A stretch of DNA of 64,000 nt, from NCBI GenBank assembly GCA_951406725.2, contig OX597816.1, forward strand, positions 61,318,001 to 61,382,000, given 5' to 3'. The stretch is from Octopus vulgaris (Eukaryota). This document shows, in pieces, positions 44,610 through 58,778 of this stretch. Every line of letters starts with the position of its first letter. The stretch's first letter is position 1. A program made the translations under genes and the position numbers. The notes beneath the pieces are model-generated. The model saw only the letters and a program-made list of their open reading frames with translations. It did not search any database and had not been told where the DNA came from.

Positions 44610-47600
44610 CTATCTGTCTTTATGTATGTGTCTTATACAGACCCACTCAATAAATATAGATAGAGAAACACGTTTCTTGAAAATACCGTCCACCCTTTCA
44701 TTCAAGTAATTTTCTTATGTTATAAAGCAATCGAAAAATCCCACTTTTTTTTTTTTACACTTTCAGTTGCTGATTAACTTTATATCACATTTAACACAAC
44801 TGGGTTTATTTATGGTGTTGAAAACATTGGAAATAATTACACCCACTTTTTTAAAAAAATAGGTTTACACCCATTCTATATTTTAAAACTTGTATTGGTA
44901 AAATAAATGAAGAGAAAATAAAGTGCAAAATTAAAGAAATTCAAAGCTCACTGTTATTTCTTAAGAGTTGGTCTTTCCAATATATAATATTCTTCTAAAT
45001 CGGTATTCGAGCAGTTATAAATTTACTTCACTTAAATTTTCAACAAGATTGTAACTTACTTGATCAGGTTAGTAGATAAGTACATCATAAAGATATAAAT
45101 GCTGTTTCTGTTTACTACTTTTACTGATTAAATGTTTACACACGCCCATACACTAAAATTTTATCTCTATCTGGTTAAGCAAAACGTTCTTCCAACCAAA
45201 TCTATTATTTTTTCAGATAGTTATTTGCTAAGCATTTTCTCATCGTAGTTTCAACTATATTTCCCTCGTTCTTTTCTACAGGTTTATTTTATTCTATTAC
45301 ATTTCTGTGCAAACTATTTTATGTTTATATAAGTGTAATAGACATTTCTATATTTTGACCGCTGATTGCCTAGGTTTATTTATATTTTTAATTTTGTAAT
45401 TTAATCAGCAAGTCAGTTAAATACCACCGGTTTTGAAATATGAACTCCTAGAGCCTTAACAGGAACTTGCCATCAATATGATGTTCTAATGATTTGTGGC
45501 TTTGACTGAGATGTTTTCTTCTGTTGGGAACCACGTGAAAAACGATAATACGTGCATCGTACTCTAGTTATCATCTACTAGGTTTACTGATTGATAGATT
45601 ATTTACACTCTCCTACTAATGTCTTCATTACTTTCTATCACTACGGAATCAATAAAGATAATATCATTAAAATAATCGTGTCAGTTCAGTTATCTGGGCC
45701 CTATGACTTTTAAACTGTTGGGGCCTTAAGCAGTTCGACCTATTACAAGCATACAATACATATTAGTCTTCAGTTTAGTTATAAGTTCCATTCCCCCCAC
45801 CCACCAGTTGCAGACCTTCTAAAAAAGGTCGTAGGTACTGACCTTTCTCCTCTGACAAGCCATTAAAAACCTAATACCTATCAACAATAAGATTAATATT
45901 TAACGATTGCAAAAGCCTTTCCTATTAAAGCCGTGCATTTTAATCCCTCAAATTAGGAAGAAAAAAAAATTATCTGCGTTCGAAGTTTGGTAAAATATTG
46001 AACTGTAATCATTTGTTTGTTGTCCAGGTTTTTATTTATTCATTGCTTAATGGTACAAATACAAATTTGTATAAAAAAAAAAGTGAAGGTAATAGTTAAA
46101 TTCAAAACATCATACCACAAATGAAATTTTGTTGTCTGTTGACATTGAAAATAGAGAATGGACTTTGCTGTCATTAATATCTAAACTTGTAAATCAACAG
46201 GACTGTTAACGCTTTATTTGAAATAAGATTAACTGCAGGTACTGTCAGCAAGCCACTACATTCAATTAATATGTTTAGCATGTAGATGGATTTCACTGGA
46301 AATGTAACAGATGCATGCATCTGGACACAAGGATGATTTCTGATTTTTCAGGTCTTGGAATAAGGGCAATTGGCTCACCTCCTTTTGTTCTAGAGATACA
46401 TTCCATAATATATAGCACTTCCCAAGTTGCAATTGGGTGACAAAACTGTTATTAACTGGTGCAATTTGCATAGAGACGTTCCTTGGTGATTGGGTAAATA
46501 ATTTCAATAGACTGATGGAGTTTATACTAATGGTATGGATACTATCGCTGAACTTAAAAGTTTTATCCATTTTAAGTTGTAAACACCAGGTCAATATGGC
46601 AAGTCTGCTTCGGTAGGTATTAAGTTTGGGTGGGTAATAATATTCATATACAGTCCATCAAATTACTCTGATACTTGTGACGGTGGCACGTGAAAAAATA
46701 TTTGAGTGAGGTCGTTGCCAGTGCTGCTGGACTGGCTCCTGTGCAGGTGGCACGTAAAAACACACCATTTGAGCGTGGCCGTTGCCAGTATCGCCTGACT
46801 GGCCCTTGTGCCGGTGGCACGTAAAAGCACCCACTACACTCTCGGAGTGGTTGGCGTTAGGAAGGGCATCCAGCTGTAGAATCTCTGCCAGATCAGATTG
46901 GAGTCTGGTGCAGCCATCTGGTTCACCAGTCCTCAGTCAAATCGTCCAACCCATGCTAGCATGGAACGCGGACGTTAAACGATGATGATGAGGAATAAAA
47001 ATAAATTGAGAAACTGAAGTGGAATAAATTATTTTCCCATCATATATGAGAGAATTTGTATTGAGAAAATTAATGCAAAAGCAAACAAGTGTTCTCTGCA
47101 TTCTGCAACATGGTTTTCTTTTATCATAAATGTTTTATCTTATCATAAGTTTACCTCTATGTTGTAATAATGTTTTTTTTTTCAAATAAAATTTTGAAAT
47201 GAACAGTTTTTTTTTGTTTTGAAAATTTTGCATTCAGATTTCACTTTCATGAAACCCTTTGATTCACATTTATCTTTTGGTTGGCATTGTTGTTTGTTAA
47301 TGGTTTCGTGTGAGTATATCTTATGAAAGAAATCCAATGAACATGTACCACAAAATGAAATTCTGTAGACATTTAAAATGGAGAATGGATATGGCTGTTT
47401 ATTTGGAATAAGGTGAACCGTATTCTATGAGAAAACCCTCTATGCTGAATAAATTATGGTATGCATGTAGAGGAGTTTCTGAAATATTTGGCAGCTGATC
47501 AAAAGCTGAAAATGTCTTGGCAAAATAGTGACCAGGTAGAATAAATTTAATCATTTTGAAAGTGTGCAGATTATTGGATATCAGTCTAAAGACAGCACTT

Positions 47601-48741
47601 GAAGAACACAGCAGACAAGAGGCTGATATATTACTGAAAGAAAAATTCTGGTTGATATTTGACGGATGAAGGCAATAAAGAATCCATCAAAACTTTTATC
47701 GTGTTTGGTTTATAGTTCTACATTTCAACCAGGAAAACTGTAAACTTTTGGAAGCAGTTTTTCAAAAATATTCTTTCAATTAGATAGGTTATAAATGTTA
47801 TGAGATGCATTGTTTTAAAATATTTATGAATCTTGCTGTTTAGCCTCAGGTCAACCTTCACAAAGCAAACCTGTGGTCAAAGATATAACACATCCAAGAT
47901 TTTTCTCAGCACGGTGCACTTAGGAGTATTGCCTTTTCCTTAGGATGGTAGGGTGTGATTTAAAGGAGATTTTCTTGGCTGTATAGAAACTTGATATAAA
48001 TCCCCTTGTTGGCTCAGTAGAAACTCACTTGGCTTGATAGGGTCCCTTGTTATGTGGTTGTTGCAGGTTGGTCTTCTGATCATTGAGACTTTGATATCCT
48101 TCTGATTTTACTTTAGAATCCCACCTTTTATTTCCCTCATTAACCTCAAAACATATTCTTCTTTGATTATAGTGCACAAGCACTGTTTTGATATTCTTCA
48201 TGGTAAAGACATTATTATTGGCTAATAGATTGTGTTTATAATCCTAGACACAAGGCATTGTTCAAGTCCTTTAATGTTGTCTCACAGCAAAATGTGTCTT
48301 AGAGTAAAGCAGTAGTCACATGTCCTTTACTCTGCTGGCCTTAACTGAATTTCCAAGTTAGGCTACAGTTGTATGCAAAACAGCAAAAGGGAAAAACCTC
48401 TTCAATACCAAAAAGGGCAGTCAAATCATGTAATCCTGTAATCTTAGGTTGAGTCACATGATATTGTCATGCAAATTGTATCTAGCACTACAATAATAAA
48501 ACAATGATGCTGCAAGTGGTAGGATGAAGATACTCATTCAATTGTGTAAAGTCTAAATTAATATTTAATATGTTTTTTTTTTCTATTTTTATCAGATTAA
48601 TTGTAATACCAGAATATATCTTTTTGTTTTGTAATGTTTTTATTTTCGTTATTTTCTTCTTTTCATGTTGTAATTAATGCATTATGTTTTCATTGTTTTT
48701 ATAAACAATGCTTATAAAATATTTTTTACATTAACTTCTAG

Positions 48742-48855
48742 ATGCTCGTTGCTATCTTCGTAAATTGCGAGAGGATCAAATCCGAGATGCTGCCATGGTT
48801 GTACAGATTTGGGAAGATGTACTCATGAACTATGCTTACAATTTAGGAGATGAAT
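48742..48855 (+). CDS. EMC2: EMC2 exon 2 (DARCYLRKLREDQIRDAAMVVQIWEDVLMNYAYNLGDE)
   Basis: TAG acceptor, GTAAG donor, 114 nt. Matches the EMC2 pattern RKWREE.R....LGD. Confidence 0.93.
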
Positions 48856-50190
48856 GTAAGAAACAAATAATTGTATGCTTTCTCCTCTCATTTTATTCAA
48901 GGAACTGACACTCCATCAGTTACAATGATGAGGGTTCCAGTTGATCTGATTAACAGAACAGCCTGTCTGTGTAATTATTGTGCAAGTGGTTAAGCACTCT
49001 AGACACAAGTGCACGCATACCTATTTCTTTACTACCCACAAGGGGCTAAACACAGAGGGAACAAACAAGGACAGACACACGGATTAAGTCGATTACATCG
49101 ACCCCCAATGCATAACTGGTACTTAATTTATCGACCCCGAAAGGATGAAAGGCAAAGTCGACCTCAGCGGAATTTGAACTCGGAATGTAATGGCAGACGA
49201 AATACACCCGACGTGCTAACGTTTCTGCCAGCTCGTAGTCTTCAGGGAGATTTGGCATGGCATGGAATCTGATAAGGCTGGTCCTTTGAAATACAAGTAC
49301 TACTCAGATTTGCCAGCTGAGTGGAGTAGAACAACGCGAGGTAAAGTGTCTTGCTCAAGGACATAACACACAGAAATTGAATTCATGACCTTGTGATTGT
49401 GAGCTGAATACCCCTAACCACTAAGTCGCGTGCCCTCATTATTCAAGGAAAAAACCTTAACCTATGATTGCTTCAATCTAATTTTCCGTGCCAGTGGCAC
49501 GTAAAAGGGCACCATTCGAGCGTGATCGTTACCAATGTTGCCTTACTGGCACCTGTGCAGGTGGCATGTGTAAAAAGATTTGAGTGAGGTCGTTGCCAGT
49601 ACCGCCTGACTGGCCCCTGTGCCGGTGGCACATAAAAGCACCCATTACACTCTCAGAGTGGTTGGCCTTAGGAAGGGCATCCAGCTGTAGAAACTCTGCC
49701 AGATCAAGAGTGAAGCCTGGTGCAGCCATCTGGTTTGCCAGACCTCAGTCATTCGTCCAACCGATGCTAGCATGGAAAGTGGATGTTAAACAATGATGAT
49801 GATGATGAAGTGCTTGAGCTATTTTTAACTGACATAGAATACCACTCTATCATGGGAAGCTGTTTTACTTAACTCTGCTCGATTATTCAGTGCCCCTCCC
49901 ATTCCCATTGTTGATTGTAGCTATGAACTATACTTCCTGTATTGTCTATTTACAGCCAAGTGAACTGGACAGGTGAAAGTTTTGCCAGAGATATAATGTT
50001 ATACTGGGGATGGGTTCTGAGTTGTTGATTATGCTGTCCATAGCTTCACACCCTCATCATACAGCCAACTGCAGCTCTCTGCTTGTTTAACTTTCAATAA
50101 TTTCTAGTTCCTTATGAATTATTTAATTTTCCACTCCTAATTACTGTTTTTTTGTTTCTGATTTTCATTATGCTGTTTTCTATGTTCCAG

Positions 50191-50255
50191 TGTGGTTAAT
50201 ATATGAACAAGTGTGCATAGCAGCTTTAGACTGCCAGAGACCTGATCTTGTTATG
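50191..50255 (+). CDS. EMC2: EMC2 exon 3 (LWLIYEQVCIAALDCQRPDLVM)
   Basis: CAG/GTGAG, 65 nt. Hallmark W.IYEQV.IAALD. Confidence 0.96.
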
Positions 50256-50570
50256 GTGAGTTGGACTTATTTTGCTTGCGTAAAACATAGATATGTTTTT
50301 TTTCTTCTCTTGTTCTAAATTGCACTTTTTCACTTCACCTGTATCACTTCAATGTCTGTTTTTCCATTTATGGCAGCAGTGTATCACCATTTACCTTGAA
50401 CTTCTCACTACATTTTCTAATATTTGGTCTTCTTTCTCCACACCTTTTCATAATATGCTTTTTCTCTATTTTTTCTCTACCACAAGTACCCTCCACTGAT
50501 AGCGCACAACACTTTTTCACTCAATACTCATCATATCTTCACATCATATATCCATGCCAGTGTTATCACT

Positions 50571-50605
<35 letters not shown>

Positions 50606-51096
50606 TCACCATTGTCATCGTTTAACGTCTGCTTTCCATGCTGGCATGTGATGGACAGTTCGACTGGGGTCTGGGAAGCCAGGAGGCTGCACCAGGCTCC
50701 AGTCTGATCTGGCAAAGTTTCTACAGCTGGATGCCCTTCCTAACGCCAACCACTCCAAAAGTGTAGTGGGTGCTTTTTACATGCCACTGGCATGTGGGCT
50801 AGTCAGGTAGTACTGGCATTGACCATACTCAAATGGTGCTTTTTATGTGTCACTGGCACGGGAGCCAATTTGGTGGGACTGGCATTGACCATGCTCAAAT
50901 GGTGCCTTTTATGTGCCAGTCAGGCAGTACTGGCATTGGCCATACCAAATATATGTCTATATGCATATATGCGTGCATTCATGCATATTTATAGCTGGAA
51001 TTTAGACTGACTTATGTATGTATGTATGGAAGAATGAAATTCCAAATCTCTGTAATATTGTGTAATATTTCTTTCACATGTACCTCCTTTTCTCAG

Positions 51097-51182
51097 GTAT
51101 GTATAGGTGAACTTGAAAATAAATTCCCCAAAAGTCTACGAGTGACTCGCTTGAAAGGCATGTTATATGAAGCAGAAGATAG
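51097..51182 (+). CDS. EMC2: EMC2 exon 4 (VCIGELENKFPKSLRVTRLKGMLYEAEDR)
   Basis: CAG/GTAAG, 86 nt. FP.S.RV.RL.GM..EA motif. Confidence 0.96.
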
Positions 51183-54129
51183 GTAAGTGTTTTCCCTTTC
51201 TTTATATTTTTTATTGTTTTTTTTTGTATATATTTTATTTGTAACATTTTGATTTTGAATTAACATATTAGTGTTAGTGAAGCAGGCCAGACACATCTTC
51301 ATGGTAATAAAGTTGTTTGGTTAGAATATTTGTTTCTTAAGCAGATACACTAACATGTCACCATGTTAGTTTTGGATTTGATTGCATTATTAGTTTAATC
51401 CAATTTTTTAAAGCCAAATCTGGTAGCTAGGAACTGTGCTGAAACCTGTCAGATAGATGTGCCTGCTCTTGAGTCTCTTGTCTATTTTTTAACACTACCA
51501 CCTGGTCCTTGAGAGATCCTTAACTGGAAACCACTCTATTGCAAACATCTGCTTAAGGCCTTCCAATCCAATGGTAGTTTGATATCCTGATGTGCTACTT
51601 CCTGCTGCAGCAACACTTGAGTTGAGAGTTTTTCCTTCATTGTCTTCCTCTGTGATTAGAGCAGATGTGGCTGTGTGTTAAGGACCAGCTTCCCAACCAC
51701 ATGCTTCTGGGTAAAGTTCCACTGTGTGGCACCTTGGGCAAATGACTTCTGCTACAGTCATATTACTTTACTACCCACAAGGGGCTAAACATAGAGGGGA
51801 CAAACAAGGACAGACAAAAGGATTAAGTTGATTACATCGACCCCAGTGCGTAACTGGTACTTAATTTATTGACTCCGAAAGGATGAAAGGCAAAGTCGAC
51901 CTCGGCGGAATTTGAACTCTGAACGTAAAGACAGTTCAGAAATACCACTAAGTGTTTCGCCCAGTGTGCTAACATTTCTGCCAGCTTGCCGCCTTACTAC
52001 AGTCATGGCCTGCCAAAACCTTGTGAGTGGGTTTGGTAGATGGAGATTGAAAGAAGTCCAGTGTGTGTGTGTGTGTGTGTGCATGTATATATATGTATGT
52101 GTGTATGTTTGTGTTTCCTTGTCTTGACATTGCTTGTTAGTTGTAAATTGATTATCAGTCATACAAGCAGTGTCGTATTGTTCATTTCCAATGTTCTGCG
52201 AGAACATGTTTGGCCATGGGGAAACATTACCTTGCTTGGAAAAAGGTGAGGTTTAGCAACAGGAATGGTATCTAGCCATAGAAAACCTACCTCAATAAAC
52301 TCTTCCTGACCCATGTCATCATGAAAACGTGGATGCTAAAATGATGATCATGATGTGTCTAAGTTTCTACAAAACATTGTGTACTGCTTTTTTGCATGGC
52401 CTTTGACACATCCATCATAAAACAAAACTATAGATGTAGTAACAAGCAACATGTCAAAAAGGATTATATCAATAGTATATTACAGTGGGTTTTGTCATTG
52501 ACCATAAAGTGGTTAAGGTTGCCAATATTTTCCCCTCTCAGCTATATAACCTTAACATTTGTCCCCCACTATTTGATAACCACTTTGCTCTTTGATTCTT
52601 GAGTCTACTATGTTGTAAGCACTTGGACCAGGTTTCTGGTCTTAGGAGGAATTGATATTTTGGTGTGCTACTTCATCCTGCACCTTCTCTTGTGTGGTAC
52701 CACTGTTTGATTTACTTTAGAGTGCACACGAGAGTTGTTCTCCAGCAGGAGCCCACCATCAGATGCTACTCAGGCCTGTTCTCATAAGTAACATCTCTGT
52801 GAGTGGAACTACCCTATATGCATGTACGCCCACCTGAGTCCACTGATTTCTAGCTGGGCTACTTAGAGGAATCAAAATAGGGATTAGCAGTAATTCATGA
52901 GTTTAACACCAATCATCATCGTCTAATGTCCACTTTCCATGCTGGCATGGGTTGGACGTTTGACTGAGGGCTAGCAAGCCAGGAGGCTGCACCAAGCTCC
53001 AATCTGATCTGGCAAAGTTTCTACAGTTGGATGCCCGTCCTAAATCCAACCACTCCGAGAGTGTAGTAGGTGCTTTTTACAGGCCATCAGCACAAGGGCC
53101 AGTCAGGCGGTACTGGCATTGACCACATTGAATGGTGCTTTTTACGTGTCACCGGCATGTTACTAGTCAGGCAGCACTGGCATCAACCACGCTCAAATGG
53201 TGCTTTTTATGTGCCACCAGCATGAGTACTAATCAGGCGGTACTGTCATCGGCCACGACAATGACTGCACTTGACTCAACAGGTCTTCACAAGCACAGTT
53301 TATTGCCCAATGATTGAAGGATACTCTTAAATGGGCTGGTTATGCTGCAATGGCATAGGCCACGACTACGGTCTCACTTGGCTTGCTAGGTCTTCTCAAG
53401 CACAGCATATCTCCAAAGGTCTCGGTCACTTGTCATTGCCTCCATTTATCTTAAAAGAGAGATGATCTAAATTCAACATAGTTGTTATTAACTTTATGGG
53501 TTAATGACTTGTTGCGTGTATGAATGTGTGTGTGTTTCTCCTTTTCTCTTACTTCACCAGTCTTAGAGGTCATGCAAAGGTTACTATCTTTCCTCCTTTA
53601 ATTTACATAAAAAAAAACCCATGTAGTGTAAGAGGTGATTGTTGTGTCTACTGTGTGTGTAGTTATATTTTTATTTATCTTCAGAAGCAGTTATAACTGC
53701 TTCTAGTTTCCTTACTAGGTGAACTGATTCTTGTAACTAACAATTATAGATAACACATTTTGTTGAAATGTCATCAGTTAAATATAAATATATTGGGTCA
53801 AATGATTGTCAAATATAGCTTTAATCTTTATTCCTTTAACTATATTGAATATAGCTTAAATATTTATTTTAGCATTATCTTTTTGTTATAGGTGACCTGA
53901 TTATTAATTTCTATTACAAGGCCACAAATTGAAATTGGTGTCTGTGTAGTGGGGTGGGTGGGTTATAGTTATTAAATCTACTCCAACATTTGAGTGGTAC
54001 TTTATTTTATTGACACTGTTGTGAGGAAAGGCAGAGTTGACCATGGCAGGATTTGATCCCAGAATATAAATGGCTGCAATTCAATATCATAAGATAGTGA
54101 TTTTGCTTATGTATTGTTCATGAGTCATT

Positions 54130-54246
54130 ATCATTGCCATCATCATCATCATCATCTTCATCTTCATCATCTTCATCTTCATCATCTTCATCATCATCAT
54201 CTTCATCATCATCATCTTCATCTTCTTCATCATCATCATCATCATA
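54130..54246. repeat. (CAT/CTT)n trinucleotide repeat
   Basis: Mixed catcat/cttcat run. Creates the spurious poly-His ORF. Confidence 0.95.
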
Positions 54247-55203
54247 TGTCTGCTCTTCTATACTGTAATGGGCAAGAGAGGACCTTTTGTGGCAGCGTTT
54301 TACAGCCAGATGCCCTTGTTGATGCCAATCCTTTTGGTTGCATCTTTTCTAAAAATGGAAAAAATGAAAACGTGGAAGTTGTAAAATGTGGAGCTGTGAT
54401 TAGTTGTTCTTGAGGCCCAGATCAACCCTAATTGAGCAGATGTATGATCAAAAGTATTCCAGCTGTGATTGTCCTATATTTTCCCCAGGCATGTAATTTT
54501 TTTTTTATGATGGTAAGGTGGAATTTTATTGCGTTTTGGCTGCTGTTTCTAGTAGGTTAAGTGATTAGAATGTTGCAGGACAGAATCACATGATGGATTC
54601 TTCAAGCTGAGCCCACAAGCAGTAGACCAAATGGTAGAAGAAGATAGTTGAATAATGTTGGTCACACCTAGGAATCCAGCTACAAATTCTAAAGACAGCT
54701 GCTTCTGATGAAACACAAAATGGAGGAGGTGCCTGAGGACTCTATCCCCATGACTCTCCTAGGAATAAGGAGCAGTGAAGATGGATTGATGGCTGGATTA
54801 TAACTGTCCAGACTAATTGCTCATATTTGGATAAATTTGAATTTAAACAACAAGCGAGAAAAAATGGAGATTCTTTCTCTTTTCTTACTTTTTGTTGGTG
54901 TTTAATTCTGGATCAACCTTGGTCAAGCAAACCTATAATAAAAAGCGATGCAGGGATGACCATCCTGCTTCTATGTATATCAAAAATGATATTATCCCAT
55001 GTGCCTTTTCTTTTTTCAATTTGAGGGAAATTTGCCTGCTATTTCTAGCAGGTCAAATGACCACAAAGGCACTCCCTTGTTGGTTCAAGGTCTTTTTTAC
55101 TGCCAGGTAATAAATACAGTGCACATATTACTAATACAGCACCCAGTCCTCAGTATTAGTAATATATGAAGTTATGGCTCTTCCAACTTTGTTTTATGTG
55201 TGA

Positions 55204-55575
55204 CTAGCACTATGACCCGGCAATGCCGGGTCATAGTGCTAGTGCATGCATATACAGCTACGTGCATGCACACATACACGCGAGTACTGTCCAAATCTCT
55301 GACCAATCACATACAACTAGCTGGCATTCAATTGGTGTATCAAGTTTCGGACATTTTGATTATGTTTTGGATAGAAAATTCACAAAAAAGTCACTTCTAT
55401 TGATTTTTTAATGGCTTTGCGGGGTGAATGGGGAAATGTAAAGATGTGCACGGCCACCCTTAGACAGTTTTGAATGACCATAGAAAGTGCGAGCCCTCTA
55501 ACTGAAAAATTGTGAATTTGTATAAAGGATACACACACACACACAGACATTTTGCCGTTTATATATATATAGAGA
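55204..55575 (-). mobile_element. Non-autonomous Helitron in EMC2 intron 4
   Basis: Minus strand begins TCtctatatatatataaacggcaaaatgtctgtgtg and ends in a hairpin plus CTAG at 55204. Confidence 0.8.
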
Positions 55576-55937
55576 TTATTCAGTTGAGTTTTCCAAATTT
55601 CCTTCTATTTTTCTACATGATTTTTGAATGGGTTGTGTATTTATTGAACCAAAATAGTGTGATGGTCACTCAGGAATGCTTGTGGTCTCTCATTTATTAG
55701 TTTTAGTCATTGGATTGGAATTTTCTAAAGCATAGTTGACTACAACACTGAGCCCAGTATATTGACCTTGAAAGGTTAAGGATATGGTTGGACATGAGAA
55801 AGATTTGAACTTAGTGAACTTTTGAATGTAGAGGGATGTAACCAAATACCGCAGGGTAGCTTGCTTAACATTCTACCAATTTTGTCATCTGCATATTAAA
55901 TATTTTTTTCTCCAACAAGCTCCTTTCTTCATTCCAG

Positions 55938-55995
55938 GTACGAGAAGGCTCAACAGCTGTATGAACACATTTTAGCTGAAGATGAAACTAATATG
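55938..55995 (+). CDS. EMC2: EMC2 exon 5 (YEKAQQLYEHILAEDETNM)
   Basis: CAG/GTTTG, 58 nt. TPR helix, in phase with neighbours. Confidence 0.95.
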
Positions 55996-58137
55996 GTTTG
56001 TCATTTTTTGCTCTTTTAAACTTTGATATACTTTTTATTCTAAACTGTTTTTTTTAAATATTTAGTTCATGTTGTTGACATCATAAGAATTTAGAAAGGT
56101 TGTTAACTGTTGAGCTGTGAATTGTTGTTGTTCTTGATGTCCTGATCAACCTTAATTGAGTAGATCTATGCTCAAAGGTATTCCAGCTGTGACTGTCCTA
56201 TATTCTCCCCAGGCATGTAATTTATTTTTTATGATGGTAAGGTGGAATTTTATTGAAATTTGGCTGCTATTTCTAGCAAGTTAAGTGATTACAATGTTGC
56301 AGGAAAGAATCACATGATGGATTCTTTTTAGGAACTGTGAATCTTGAAGCAAATAAAGCTACAAATAATGCTTTAAAATTTCGGCCAAAGCCAGCAATTT
56401 CAGGGGAGGGGCAAGTTGATTATATCGACCCCCAGTACTTGACTGGTACTTGCTTTATCAACCCTGAAAGAATAAAAGGTAAAGTCAGCCGTAACAGAAT
56501 TTGAATTCAGGATGTATTAGGGTTGAACATTAACAACTAGAAAACTCACAGGGATTGGTTTTGTCAGCCATTTTTTCCCTAGAGAAAATTAACCTTTTCT
56601 AACCAAAGGATTTTTTAAACCCAATATTTAGACCCTATTAAGGCTGTGAGCTGGCAGAAACATTAGCATGCTGGGCGAAATGCTTAGCAGTATTTCATCT
56701 GTCTTTGCATTCTGAGCTCAAATTTCTCCAAGGTCAATTTTGCCTTTCATCCTTTCAGGGTCAATAGATTAAGTATCATTTGCATACAGGGGTTGCTCTA
56801 ATCGACTGGCCCCCTTCCCAAAAATTTCGGGCCTTGCGCCTTGGGTTGAAAAGAACATTTAGACCCCGTTATTTATAGCATTATCTACTTCAAAATTCAC
56901 TGTTCTTAGAAAGATATATTTTATATTGCAATTGGGCATGTGTCTTCTATAGGGTTGGGTTTATCAAAGCCTTGTGAGTGAAATCAGACACATGGAAACT
57001 ATGCTGAAGCCCAATGAATGAACTGTACATGTTTTTGGCCAATAGATTTAATCTGTTACCTGTTTTAACAGACCTTTAATCAAACACAGTCACTTGACTG
57101 ATATTTTTTTTTATTGTAAACATTGTGTATCTAGAAGTACATTATCTAATGTGTCCTTTTTTTAAAATTGCATAGTGTGCTTTGTAGGAGATTAGGCTGC
57201 TATTTCTTGTAGGTCAAGCAACCAATTAGAGTGTCTGGGTAGCAGCAGAATAATTTTGTTGACACCGGCTAGTTCTAGTATTGTAAGATTATGCTTTATT
57301 TGTGTTGTTAACATTACGTGAATTTTTTCTTCTGGTATATACATCATCATCATCATTGTTTAACGTCCGCTTTCCATGCTGGCATGGGTTGAATGGTTTG
57401 AGGGCTGGCAAGCCAGGAGGCTGCACCAGGCTCCAATCTGATCTGGCAAGGTTTCAACAGCTGGAACCCCTTCCTAATGCCAACCACTCCGAGAGTGTAG
57501 TGGGTGCTTTTTATGTGCCACCAGCACAGGAGTTAGTCAGGCAGCACTGGCAATGACTACGCCTGAATGGTGCTTTTTATGTACTGCTGGCACGGGAGCC
57601 AGTCAGGCGGCACTGGCATTGACCACACTCGAATGGTGCTTTTTACTTGCCACCGGACACGCTCAAATGATGCTTTTTATGTGCCACTGGCACAGGTCCC
57701 TGTCAGGCGGCACTGGCATCATCTACGACTGCAATTTCACTTAACAAGTCTTCTCACGCACTACATATTGCCCGATGATTGAAAGGTACTTTTAAACGGG
57801 CCGTTATGCAACACTGACAGGTAAAAAAGATGAAGTGTGCTATTCAATATGCAGCTCTTTCCTAGTTTTCAGTTTCCAATTTAATATTCAAATTAGTGTT
57901 TCTAATAGAGATTAAATTTGACATGAGACCAGATTAGCTTATAAGCTTATTGTTAATCACTTGGTTTAGTAAAGATAGGATACTTCACTTGAAATAGTTG
58001 CGGTGGTGATGATGATTGTAAAAAAGGGTCATAGGCTTACTTTATTTTTAAAATTAATCTACATCCCTTTTTATGTATGTGAATTTCCCAGCTTTAAATG
58101 TTTTATTAAAGAAAGATAAAACTACTTCTTATTTCAG

Positions 58138-58223
58138 TTTGCTCGCAAAAGGCAGGTTGCAATTCTGAAGGCCCAAGGCAAGACTGCTGAGGCAATCAAC
58201 AAGCTAAATGATTATTTAAAGGA
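58138..58223 (+). CDS. EMC2: EMC2 exon 6 (FARKRQVAILKAQGKTAEAINKLNDYLKE)
   Basis: CAG/GTATG, 86 nt. ARKR..AI.KAQGK..EAI..LN.YL motif. Confidence 0.97.
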
Positions 58224-58472
58224 GTATGTTTTAAATATTTTTTTTTTTTACATAACAATAATCATATTAATTTATATCTATGAGAAAACATCCTGTATAA
58301 CAATTAGTACTGTTTTTGTTTTTTCATTTTCAACTCATCTGTGAGCAAAACCTCATTAGTAATCAGTTTCGTCAATTAAAAGTTTCTGTATCAGATTATA
58401 TATAAGAAATATATTGTCTGAAAAATACATTTCTGAATAATAAATAGCCAGTTTATCACATATGAACCACAG

Positions 58473-58778
58473 GTGGAGGCACATGGCCTAGTGGTTAGAG
58501 CAGTGGACTCGCGGTCGAGGGATCGCGGTTTCGAATCTCAGACGGGGTGATGTGTGTGTTTATGAGCGAAACACCTATGCTCCACGCGGCTCTGGCAGAA
58601 GGTAATGGTAAACTTCTGCTGACTCCTTCGCCACAACTTTCTCTCTCGCTTTCCTCCTGCAAAATGCAGCTCACCTGTGACGGACCAGCGTCCCATCCAG
58701 GTGGGGAACCTATACGCCAATGAAACCGGGAAACCGACCCTTATGAGCCAGGCATAGCTCGAGAAGGAACAAATAACA
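58473..58778 (+). mobile_element. tRNA-derived SINE family D, full length
   Basis: Box A tggcctagtggttagag and box B-like ggtttcgaatc. 15-bp TSD acatatgaaccacag. Confidence 0.92.

Noticed and set aside
46262-46594. 110-aa minus-strand ORF in EMC2 intron 1
   Set aside because: Non-ATG start and no recognisable domain. Possibly a decayed element, but it cannot be supported.
54114-54413. Poly-histidine ORF
   Set aside because: Translation of a (CAT/CTT)n microsatellite inside EMC2 intron 4.
58473-58545. tRNA-like sequence
   Set aside because: It is the head of a SINE with body, tail and TSD, not a tRNA gene.
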